Positions 37,251 through 48,584 of a DNA stretch of 64,000 bases are shown here, in pieces. The stretch is from Raillietiella orientalis. Its lineage: Eukaryota. The stretch is taken from the NCBI GenBank assembly GCA_036172245.1, contig JAYWIR010000052.1, positions 186,001 through 250,000 of the forward strand, in the 5' to 3' direction. Positions within the stretch are counted from its first letter, which is position 1, and each line of letters starts with the position of its first letter. The translations under genes were made by a program, and so were the position numbers. The notes beneath the pieces are model-generated. The model had not been told where the DNA came from, made no database searches, and was given only the letters and a program-made list of their open reading frames with translations.

Positions 37251-40200
37251 AATGGGGGTCGGTACGGGGGGTGGGGGAGTTTCCTCGGACGCATGTTCCT
37301 CGCCCCTCTCCTCCAGCGGCCTCCTACCTTTAAACCCTTCTGGAGGACATCGCCGCACCGGTCGTTTTCTCCAGGGCAACGGAGGGAGTTACCCCCCTCC
37401 CCCCGCCTCCGCGCCCTTCTCTTGTCACCGCAGGATGCATCCCTGCCGGAGGGGATGCCCCTCCCCTAACATAACCGTCCGATCGCCACGGAGAGACACC
37501 CCTTCTCGGAAGAGGTCTGTTCCCCGGCAACGGGCGTCATCCGCCGTCCCCCCCCCCCCTTCTTCTTCCGGAGGGAAGGCGGAGGGCTGGCTGCCATCTC
37601 TCGCCTTGAAAAGAGGACGCGCGGGCGCATTCTGGTGATCCCCCGGGCGGGGAGAAGGACGCGCTCCCGACGAAACCCGTGGGCGACACCGTGCTGCTCC
37701 GCGGACGCCTACTCGAAAGGTGGTGCAGGGAGGAAGGGGGGACGGGGTGGGGACGGCAGGTCACAGCGCAACCGTAAGGTGGCGGCGCGTTGACCTCTCC
37801 ACCTTCCTCCCTCGCCCGAGGGCGTCCCGAGGGGGACGACTGAGGGAGGCGGTGCTCTGCTGCGAGGGCGAGGACGAGGAAGGCGACGCCCCACGCAGGA
37901 GCGGCGTCGGAGAGCCGTCGCCTTGGAAACGACCGTCGTTCTCACGAGCATCGCGTTGCCGCCGCCGCGCGCGCCGGCCGCCTGCAGCGCGGGTGGCTAC
38001 GCCGGGGACAGGCGGAGGTCGCGCGCCCCTCCCTTGCCGCGGGGTCTACGGCAGGAAGGGGGAGGTCAAGGCGACGGCATACCCACGGGTGGATCTCCCA
38101 GGAGCGAGTAGTCTGGGCCGTCGGCCCACTTGATGCCCCTCCCCGCGTCCGGGGAGCCAAAGGCGGTGCGGCGACTTCCAGGCCTCACCGTCCCTTCAGG
38201 GTTGTCGCGCCTGAGGGCAGAATAAGGGAGGGGGCGAAAAAGAGCTGAAGGGGCCGCAGCTCCCGGCGCGCACGCACGTCGGCGAGGGCGTGGCAGTGCC
38301 GGGGGCCTCCCTCACGCGACAGGGAGGGAGGAAGGAGAGGAGGTCGCCCCGAGGGAGAGAGGGTCCTTACCTACTCTCCCCTTCCCCCTCTCCCCATCAC
38401 AGGACCGAGAAGGCGACGGGGCGGCGTGCTCCTGGGAAGTCGCGTGGAGGATCTCCTGCGGCGGCAGCGGAGGCGGAATGCGCGCGCGCGGCTGCCCTCG
38501 GTAACCAGGGGAACGCCTCCTCCGCCGGGAGGCGCCGAGGAGCGCGCCTGCTGCGCCGCGAGGCCGCCACGGGGCGTTGCGGACGCGCCTCCCAGCGCCG
38601 GTTGCCGGGGAGACACGACCGTCCGCTTGCCGCCGCGCGAGCAGTCGCGAGGAGGGGAAGCCCCGAAGGCTCGCCGTGCAGGCGCGAGGCGACCGCAGCG
38701 TCCCCAGCGGCAACGGAGCGGAGGAGGGGCCGGGAGGACGCGCCTCCCGCCCTCTGTCTAGGCTGCAGGCAGCCATGCACCCATGGTGGCGCACCGGAAG
38801 GGGGAGTTTCCGGGAAAGGGAGGGGGCGGGGGAAGGGGGAGCGCAGAAGCCTCCCCTTTCCTAACTATTTTCCAGACCCCCGCGTCCCCTCCCTGCGCCA
38901 CGCCTGGCTCCAGCGGTCTCACGCGGGCAAAAGCGCCCCAGGGAGACGTCCAAAGCGCGCGCTTCCTCCTCGCTGCACCGCTATCTCCCCTTCCCTACCT
39001 CTGCCCCCCGTCTTTCAGCCACACGTCCCTGCGCGCTGCATCTGTCCGCGTGAATCGCGCTGCGGCGCCTCCGGGCACTCCCTCGGGCCGGGGTGAAGCA
39101 AAGAGAGGAAGGGGCGAGGGCGCAGCAGCGCTCGCGGTGCCCCTCATCTCCGTCCTCCCGAGGGGTGAACTGCCGGGTCCCGGTTGAGACCCTTGCCCTC
39201 GGGCTGCCGGCTTGCTGGAGGCACGAGCAGAAGGCCGCGCTCGCAAAGTCCCTTCCCGGAAGGGAATTCTGGGAGACTGAGGAATGCGCATCTCTGAATG
39301 ACGATGCTCTGAAACGAATTCGTGGGATGAGACGCAGGGCCGCTCCCTGGGAATCTGCTGAAACCTGGACACTTGAAGGCAAAGAGGAACACTCCCTCCT
39401 CCTTCTTCCTCCTCGTCTTCGTCTTCTTCTTTCCTTTCTCCTCCTTTCCTCCCTCCCTCCTCCTCCTCCCTTCCTACTGCTTCATGTTCCTTTCCCACTT
39501 ATCATCCATGCCCTTCCGCTGGGGGCTACGCACGTCGGGCCGGGAGGAGCGAGTCGCCGAGGAATGTGCTGTCGGGAAGAGCCATAGGAGAGACACCGGG
39601 CCCAGAACGGGGCGGTCGGGAAGAGCAGGTGGAGGAGGGGGGCGAGCTGGTGGCCTTGGTCGCTCGAGGCGGAGACGTCAGGCGCCACCTCGTGGCAGTC
39701 CCTAGGGGTTCTGTGCCGTCTCCTCCCCCCTTTCATGCGCGCCGCTCACCTGGCGGCGGGCGACCCCACCATGCGGAGTCTCCAGGAAGCAGGGGCGCGG
39801 GGGAGAGGCGGCGTCCCGCCAGAACGCACGGGCGAGCCGCCTTCTCTAGGACGGGAGTGGGTGCGTCCTCGCTGTCCACTTCCCTTCCCTCCATTCTTGC
39901 CCAGCGCCCCGAGGACCCGAGAGCACCATGGAAGTGCCGCGGACGGGAGATTGGCGCGCGCGTTTCCCTCTCCACCAGACTCTTCCCGGATCCCTGCGCC
40001 TCCTCCCCGCCGCCTCCTCCTGGCTGAGCCGTGCGGGCGTGCGGGCGGGGAGGCCCGTGGCGAGTTGGCAGCGCGGGGGGCGGATGCGGAGTCGGCAACC
40101 CCCATCGTGTGGAGGCGCTCGCGTCCGAGCGACTTGTCCGGAGGCGTCTCTCCTTCCCTTTCCTCTCCCTTCTGGTTTCTCCGGGAGCGGGCCGCAGGAG

Positions 40201-41588
40201 GTGGGCTGCCGCTTTTCGCCCGTCATCTCCGCCTCCGGGAAGGCAGGCGGCGCGCAGCTTCCTAAGGAAGCAGCCGGGGAGGAGATGCGGGAGCGCCTCG
40301 TGGGAGGCTGTGGGGGAGAGGAGGTGCCGCCGTTCATCCTCGCTCTTTCCTCCCTACCGCTTCCTTCCCGTTGCCCTTGGCAACTGGAAACGAAGCACGG
40401 CGCAGCGAGGCGGAGCGAGCGGAGATCCCGAAAAGCACTTGGCGGCCGCCCGCGGTCACGGAAGATGCGTTTCTCCCAGCGGCGGCGACCCCCACGGGCG
40501 GCGGACGGCCCATTGCTTCCTCCCTTCCTCCCCAGTGATCCCCGGGCCGGCTTCTTCCTGCCCAGGATGATTCCCAGCGAGCTCCGAGATCTACTGAGGT
40601 GCTCCCTCGGTCCGTCATCGCTTTGTGCGTATCTCCAGGGCTGGGGGCCTGCCCGAACCGGGACCACCCACGCTGGCACTCCGATGTCCGATCTTGGATT
40701 AGCGCCTCATTCCTTCCTCGCGTCCCGCCTCTCCCGAAGGAAGAGGAAGGACGAGGATGAGAGAAAAAAATGGCCGACGAAGGAGGGCGCACGCCCGGTG
40801 TCTCCGAGGTCCCTGCGTTCCCGGGGGCGAAGAAGAAGGATCGGCCGGCTCCCTCTTCCGCAGCATCTGAGCAGCCATCCCGCGCTCTTCCTCCTTCGGA
40901 CTCGAGGCCTTTCATGTGGCTGCCTCCCTGCTGCCCTCGCCTGGTTCCTGTTCCAGCCCGCTCTTCCTCCCTCTCTCCCCCTCTCCATCCTGTCTGCCCG
41001 ACCTCCTCTCCCCCTTTTTTTTTATGTATTTATTTTTTTTCCCTTTTTTTTGAGGGGGCGGGATGCGCGGGGGAAACTCGCAGTTGTGGCCGCGCTCCAG
41101 CACTTCCTGCCGGCGGCCCGGAGGAAGAAGGAAGCCGCGGTCACCTCCGAGCATCTGCACCACCGAGTCCGCCCCGCGGAACGCCAGCGGCCTCCCCTCC
41201 CCTCCCCCACCCCTTCCCCAGTCGGACCCCCATGGAGGCCGCAGAGCTGGCACTTGTCCCGAGAGAGGACCAGCAGCGTCTTGGGTCCGGGTAGGGTGTC
41301 ATCCGTTCCAAAGCGCCCCAACGCCGTTCCTGAAGGCCTGCGGACAACCGGAGAAGGAAAACAGGGAAGCCACGGCTTCTCAGCAGGAACACAGGAGTCC
41401 GCTCGCTTGACTCTTCGCAGGGCCTCTGAGATCCCGGAACCTCAATTAGATGATGGCTTTTCATTAAGCTGATGCAGATCCCACAGGAACGCTTGCCGAT
41501 GGGAGCCTTCCGCATCCCTGGAGGGGAAGCTCCAGTCCAGGAAGCTACCCAGCCGCCTCGGATGGCCCCTTCGGAATCACCTCTTCTT

Positions 41589-43616
41589 GGTTTTCCACCC
41601 AGTTATTCCGGGGCATTTATCATTAAAATAATGAAAGTACGAACGAATGGTCAAAGTGGTGAAGAAGTTGGGTCAACACGTGCGCCGAACTTGCCGGTCA
41701 CCGGTGCAGAGACCGGAGAGGTCCGCTCCAGCAGCGGAGGAGGAGGGGGAACCGGAAAGTAACAAAGCAAAAACACAAAAACAAAAAAGGGAGAGAAAGT
41801 TTTGCTGGGGAAGGTGTGGGTGGGGTGGAGGACCACTTTTCGCGAAGAGAGGTCCTCTGCATCCTGTCCAGGATGCCGACGAGTTTCTGTCCTTTTCTCA
41901 CCCAGGTGAGGTCCATCTCGAGGCACTTTTCAGGAAGATCCCGGCCCAGTGGATGGCGTCCCTGCCACCCTGGCCTCCCCTCTCCGGTTCCGGGCTGCCG
42001 CGATCCCGCGGATATGTAGCAGTGGACGGCGAGGGACAGAGCGGGACGCACGAAGAGACGTCTGAAAATGTCCCTGGGGCCGCCCGCCGGGATTCCTAGG
42101 GTCATCGCTAGGCGATCCTGAAGAGGTCGGAGGGCGGCACAGTCCAGCAGATGGGGTGCGGGAGGGTGTCCTTCTCGTCGCACCTATCCCAATCGGCATC
42201 CACACTCCCTCGCTGTCCAGTGGTGGAGGAGCGCTTTGCATGAGGATTCCCCCACGCAACACCGGCAATGCCAACTCCCGCCAATCGAGAGGGAGGACTC
42301 CACTGTTGCAGCACGCTGGGGGACACCCCACCTCCTCCGGAGGGATGGCGAGGCAGCTCGCCCCTGCGACGCGACACTCGGGGCCGCAGAGCGCCGTCCG
42401 TGAGCTGCCGAGTTGGCTACGACACGAGTCTGAGGTAATGTGGCCAATCGGCTGCGTCGAATGGTTGGTTGCCTTGGTGCAGGAGAACAGCTGGATCTCC
42501 TGCTTCGCCGCGAACTGCACCGCCAGGCTCCAGGAGTCAGTTTCCGCAAGGCGGAAGACCCACGGCGCGCGAGCGAGGCGGCCTCTCTGGCCGCCTGCGG
42601 CCAGACAGGTACGTTCGGCAGCCCCTGAGGCACATCTCGTGCAGCCTACGCAAGCTGCTGCGGCCCTCGTCCCTGCCCCCCTTGTCCCGGTGCTGCCCTC
42701 CATCAAGGACGCAAGGCGCAGCGGCCTTCCCGCGAGGTGGGAAGCGTCCTTCCTCATCGAAGGTGGGAAAAAAGTTCTGAGCGCGTGGCCAACTCTACAG
42801 CTCACGGACGGCGCTCTGCGGCCCCGAGTGTCGCGTCGCAGGGGCGAGCTGCCTCGCCATCCCTCCGGAGGAGGTGGGGTGTCCCCCAGCGTGCTGCAAC
42901 AGTGGAGTCCTCCCTCTCGATTGGCGGGAGTTGGCATTGCCGGTGTTGCGTGGGGGAATCCTCATGCAAAGCGCTCCTCCACCACTGGACAGCGAGGGAG
43001 TGTGGATGCCGATTGGGATAGGTGCGACGAGAAGGACACCCTCCCGCACCCCATCTGCTGGACTGTGCCGCCCTCCGACCTCTTCAGGATCGCCTAGCGA
43101 TGACCCTAGGAATCCCGGCGGGCGGCCCCAGGGACATTTTCAGACGTCTCTTCGTGCGTCCCGCTCTGTCCCTCGCCGTCCACTGCTACATATCCGCGGG
43201 ATCGCGGCAGCCCGGAACCGGAGAGGGGAGGCCAGGGTGGCAGGGACGCCATCCACTGGGCCGGGATCTTCCTGAAAAGTGCCTCGAGATGGACCTCACC
43301 TGGGTGAGAAAAGGACAGAAACTCGTCGGCATCCTGGACAGGATGCAGAGGACCTCTCTTCGCGAAAAGTGGTCCTCCACCCCACCCACACCTTCCCCAG
43401 CAAAACTTTCTCTCCCTTTTTTGTTTTTGTGTTTTTGCTTTGTTACTTTCCGGTTCCCCCTCCTCCTCCGCTGCTGGAGCGGACCTCTCCGGTCTCTGCA
43501 CCGGTGACCGGCAAGTTCGGCGCACGTGTTGACCCAACTTCTTCACCACTTTGACCATTCGTTCGTACTTTCATTATTTTAATGATAAATGCCCCGGAAT
43601 AACTGGGTGGAAAACC
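41589..43616. repeat. Inverted duplication of a LINE 3' end: arms 41589-42417 and 42788-43616, 370-bp spacer
   Basis: Arms are reverse complements (coordinate sum 85205); the ORF track shows identical 150-, 161-, 91- and 67-aa ORFs on opposite strands. Both outer ends are the LINE 3' terminus ..GGGTGGAAAACC. Confidence 0.95.
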
Positions 43617-43629
43617 TGCCGCTTAATCC

Positions 43630-43705
43630 ATCCAATCCCTATCCAACCTAACCGAACCTAACCTAAGATGACCTAAACTACCAACTCACCTTATTCCTAC
43701 CTAGC
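43630..43705 (+). repeat. Degenerate (AACCT)n / (CCTAA)n tract
   Basis: ATCCAACCTAACCGAACCTAACCTAAGATGACCTAAACT; a second tract lies at about 44905-44952. Confidence 0.7.
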
Positions 43706-43869
43706 TAGGGACCAAGGTCCGCCGCGGAAACGGACCTCGACGTACCGGTCGTGACAGCTTTCAAGCACGTGGTAGAACCAAGTCTTCCTCCCACTGTACT
43801 GTCATTGACGCGTCTTTTGCTATTATCTTAATGATGAATGCCCCGGAAAAACCAGGTGAAAAACCTAAC

Positions 43870-44870
43870 CGTGACCTGATCTCCCACTGGAATGTAATCC
43901 AGGCGTAGCTTTAACTGCTGGTAAGGAGACGATTCGCAGGTCCACGCTGCTTCCACCGCAGGCTCGGTGGTCATCAGGGAAATGCTGATGGGCGTAGGGA
44001 AAGCCGCGTATTTTGCTGGTCGCTGTTCCGCCCGAAGGCTTGCAACGAACCGTGGGGGGAACCGCGGGACAGGTGTCCGGTCGTAGGAGGAGTCGCAAAC
44101 GAAGGCAAGGGGAGTGGCGGCACACACGGTGCCGTGCTTCACCCCCTGCGCCGAGGATTTCACAGGTCGGGAAGGCAGACGGGAAATCGCTGGAGGGTGC
44201 AACCGCCGACGGGGGGTTCGGAGAGCACCAACGGATGCGTGCGCCATCTCGAGGAGAGGAACCGTGCGATCCCGTCCGATCTCCGACGGAACGAGCTACT
44301 TAAGGCAGGGGGAACACCCGAGGAGGAGTTTGCCCTCTTACGTGCAAGGGTTTGAATTCCAGTCACGATTCAACGAAGACGTCAGCTGGCTGCGAGTTTC
44401 GGGAGCCCGCTGGTCGGAGACCCCGCCACGGACAGCGAGAGGGCCGCGAAGTCCTCCATCGGAGAGGGGGGGGGGGGCAAGGAGTCTTCTTTACAGTGTG
44501 TGTCTTCGCATGTGCTCGGTAAGCAGAGCACATGCACACGGATCAGCAGCCCCTCCCCTCTGCTGACCAGGACCACGCTGCTTCGTGGTGGGCGCCTCCT
44601 CCGACTGGGTCTGCTCACGTGGAAACGGATCCCCCGGCGCATATGCCTTCGGTGCCCCTCACAAGTCGGAAAGATGTCAACTTTCTCGTGCAGTTGAAAC
44701 AGGCGGGGGACTGGGGGAGGGGGTGGGGGGATGAGTAGAGCGCACGGTACGCTTCCAAGCTGGTACACCAACTGGCAGCACCGATCCGGACAGTCTTCAT
44801 CAGCCCGATTCAGCCGTCCCGACTTTCCCGTAAGTCGTAAGAAGTGCGCTGCGAACAGCCATTCGAGAAG
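43870..44870 (-). mobile_element. APE endonuclease domain relic of a non-LTR retrotransposon
   Basis: Ordered degenerate motifs: KVDIFPTCEGH (DI..LQETH), SRGEGLLI (SRGVAILI), LAFVCD (GDFN position), AWTCESSPYQQLKLRLDYI (TW....SRLDYI). Confidence 0.6.
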
Positions 44871-47800
44871 ATGCGGGCAGCTTGACCCCCGCTGCGGAGA
44901 AAGCCTGACCTGACCTCCCCCCGGTCCTAACCTACGCCTATCTAACCTAACCCGCCGCTGTGATCGAAGGTGTGTCCTGTGTCTGGTAGGGTAAAGGACA
45001 GTACAGGACAAAGTACAAAATGAATCAAGAGAACAGTACATGTTTGTGATTGTATCGATCTTTTTCTTTTTTTTGGGGGGGGGAGAGGGGGCAGAAGGGA
45101 TACCTGCAGACGGTGGTGACGCTTCTCTTTATTGCAAGCATCAGAGGATAATAAAATTTTCCAATGGTAACATTACGCATAGTTTGTATGTATTTTCTTG
45201 TACAACCGAATGCACGCATGTATTTGTATAGATGATGAGATTTACGATTACCGCGACCATTCGGTTTGTTTGTTTCAAATTTTCTTTCCTTCCTTTTTTC
45301 TCTCGTCCAAGTGGTCACAGTGAGAGGAAATATCTTTGGAGCATCCTGCTGTTGCTGGCCGGCTGGCAGTGACTAACCAGGCCGTTGCCAGGGGCGCCTC
45401 GCGTGCGTTGGAGCGCCAGAGCTCCGTGCACCGCATTCCGACGGTGTGTGTGTTGGGAAAGTTTTCTCCTGGCGGCGACTTGGAAAATGCTGCCCGCGTT
45501 TCCCACCCACCTGCGAGAATCTCCCGAAGGGGTTTCGGAATAATGATAATGACTCGATCCCGAAGCTCTGCGTCGCCGCGGCGGGCTCGTGGGAGGGGGC
45601 GACGACGGCGCGCGGGGCTTTCGCGGGCGTCCCGCCGCCTCCTTCGTCAGCCTGGGAAAGAAAGCGGCTGCTGACGCCGTCGCCCCTGGTTGCAGCCCCG
45701 GGTGACGACGGCCCCGACGAAGCGGAAGGAGCGACGCGTCGCGGATCCTCGGCGCCGGGTCGCGCGCGCGCGCGCTCCCCGGCAGGCCCGCGGGGCAGGT
45801 CGCGGACGGGCGCGCCGGCTACGCGCGCGAGCGCGACCGCCGCCGCTTGGCAGCGGGCGCTCGCCGGGACGCTCGTGCGCCCCGCGTGCTCGAGCACAAC
45901 AGCTGTTCGACCATTCCTCATTCGCTCGAACGTTTTTCCGCCTCGCCTGGAGGTGCGACGCGACGTTCCCGGCGGCTGACCCCGCTCCTCCTCCTCTCTC
46001 GGTTCGCTCTGGACGTTCGCAGGAGCAGCGTGCAGGAGTTTCCGGTCCGTCGGAAAGGGATGGATGGGGAGGGGGGGCGAGCGAACGAGCGCGAGCGGAG
46101 GCGCCGCGCGCGCGGGTTCGAAACGCCACCGGGGCGCGGCGCTGGCGTGGGAGCGCGCGCCTTCCCCCATCGGCGGAATCCGGGCAGACGCAGGTGCTCG
46201 CGCGGTCGGGAGAGCCGCTGCCGATTCCGCAGAGGGAGCGCGCGTCGCGTGCGGGCCGATGGCGCATCCGGACGTTCTCTCTCTCGGAATTTTCGATGCC
46301 GTGACCGGGGAAAAGAAGCCGGGAGGGGACAGCCCTTCCTACGTCTCCTTCCCCCTTTCCGTTTCCCCTGTGCGTGTCGAGGGAGGCGCTCCGTCGCCTC
46401 GGGACGACGAGGTCGCCAGAGCGAGGCCATCTCGGATGCTCCGCCGCACAGGCGGCGGTGTGGCTCTTCCAACGCGGCGAGAGGGACCTCTCCTTGTGCT
46501 GCTGGGTGTGCGTGTGGGGGCAACACTTTCCGCCATTCGGATGGGCGCTGTCCGGGAGCATCCCGGGGTCTCTCGCGCCGGTGCTGAGATCGCACCACCT
46601 CTGGCAGAATGGAGGTCGGCAGCCCCCGGTTTCGCAGGGCGGAGGAGGAGCGCGTCCAGGAAAAGAAGAAGGAAGCAGACTGAGGTGGCGGAAGGGGAGC
46701 ACTTTCGCCCGCTGACCGGCCCTCGGTCATGGCTCGGGTGAGGGAAGGTCAAAGAGGAAGTCAAAGAAAGCGAAAGGGCGATCCGGCGCTTCCGGAACGC
46801 CCTCGGCTCGCGAAAGCACTTCCGGATGCTCTTCAACCAACCCCTTCTGCGTGCGCGACGGAAGCCGGAAGCGCGTAACCATGGGAACCGCACTCCCCTC
46901 TCCTTCCCTTCCCCGTTTTCTGACCTTTTCCTTTCCTTCTTCTGCTTCCGGCACATTGGGAGACTTCCCTCGCGCTGCCCGACCGAGGGGTCCGCATGCC
47001 AGCGACCTCCGCTGGCGACGAGGAAGCTACAGATCTCCCGATGCCTTGTCGAGACACTTGAGGGGAGGACCTTCCTCTGCACGCTTCCCGACGCTGCCGG
47101 CCCGACGGGCCTCCACGCGCGTGCTCAAGTTCCGCCTTTCACCCTCCCCCCCCCCGCCCACCCTGACTTCCTTGCCTGAGGCTCCACCTCCCCCCCCTAC
47201 TTCACCGCGACTGACCGCTGCTTTCTGACGTCCCCCTCAAGATCCACACTCGCACTCCGCAGCCCTCTCCCCGGTGCGCGGGCCCTTTCGGTCACCACCC
47301 TGCGACCTCTGGGTACCTCGGCCCCACCCGGGAGACCCCGGTCCGGGGCGTGGGGCACTCCTGCTCGCTCTCCGGCGATGGCCGCATCCCTCGATTCTCC
47401 CCCTGCTCCCCGTCCTAAGGGCCAAGACCACCTCCCCACAGTCCAAGGGGGGCAGCGACCCGGGGCGGAGGGAGGCACCGAGCCGGGCAGAGTTCGCCCT
47501 TGTGGCGTCGGAGGGGCCCAGACGGAAGGGGAGGAGGGAAAGCGTCGGACACCAGCCCTCCGTCCCGCCCCAGTGGCCCGCCCGTCCCCGCGGGGGGTTC
47601 CGCCGCTCGAGGGAAGCGGGTGGAGCCGAGCATTCTCGGACGCGGGGTCGGATGAGACCGCACGGAATGTCCAAGGCAATGGGGAGGAGAAGATGAGGGC
47701 CACTTCTCCACCTCCGTTCAAGGACAAGGGTCAATGAGGTCTCGGCCGCTGCTTCCCTTCGCTTCCAAGGCAACAGGGCACTGAGAAACGGCGGCCACGC

Positions 47801-48553
47801 CCGCCGTCCGGCGACCGGGTCGAGTGCGTTCCCTCTGCGGGCTTCCGGGGTTCCTCTAGAGAGGATCCACCACGCGGGCCGCGGCCGCGTCGCGCCACCC
47901 GGCCCCTGGCACCGAGCGAGGCGGTGCCCCGGCACTCTCGCTGGGGGCCGCCAGAGAGCTCTGTGACGATTCCAGGAGGCGGCGCACCCGGGAGGAGAGA
48001 GGGGAGGCACCGGGAATGCGCAGCGGTGTCCCTCCATTGAGACATCGCGTGCTGCGGATGGCGAAACGGCCGCGATGCTTCCGCAACCGGCTTCCGTAGC
48101 AACAACGGATGACGCTGCGCTCAGGCTCGGGTGATGGCACCAGCGACAGAAGATGACACCAGGCGGAAGTGGGGGCTGCCTGCTGTCAACGAGGGGTGGT
48201 GAAGCGCCCTGCTGAAACCCCTCCGCGGCAGTTGCTCCGGACCGAGGGGAACGGGAACGACGTCACTCGGAGGAGAGCACGGGAGTTCCTTTGGCGACGT
48301 GTGGGGAGGAGGAGAGGAAGATCTTTCCGACAGGGCTGGACGTCGTCGTGAATCGAAGGGGTGGTTTCCTCGGCTTCGGAAGAAATCGACTGTCCTCCCG
48401 GCGCAGTCCGGCATGCTGCTGTCCCTGCGGGCTACGTCTCCTCCGGGAACGACGCATCCCGAGATGCAGGTGTGAGTCTCTCCAGGGCATCCTCATCCGC
48501 TGCATCAGCAGCAGCTGGATCGAGGAGGCTGGACGCCACAAGCACTGGGCGCT

Positions 48554-48584
48554 ACTCGGCCTTTTGGCTACGATCAAAGTGTAG
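48554..48584 (+). pseudogene. 3'-truncated (tailless) U2 snRNA retrocopy with a 13-bp target-site duplication
   Basis: CGCT-ACTCGGCCTTTTGGCTACGATCAAAGTGTAG matches the U2 5' end (ATCGCTTCTCGGCCTTTTGGCTAAGATCAA(A)GTGTAG, recalled). It is flanked by exact direct repeats AGCACTGGGCGCT at 48541-48553 and 48585-48597. Confidence 0.85.

Noticed and set aside
41589..43616. Long inverted repeats as TIRs of a DNA transposon or inverted LTRs (DIRS/Penelope)
   Set aside because: The arms and spacer are LINE ORF2/3' UTR sequence. No transposase, tyrosine recombinase, GIY-YIG domain or TSD was seen.
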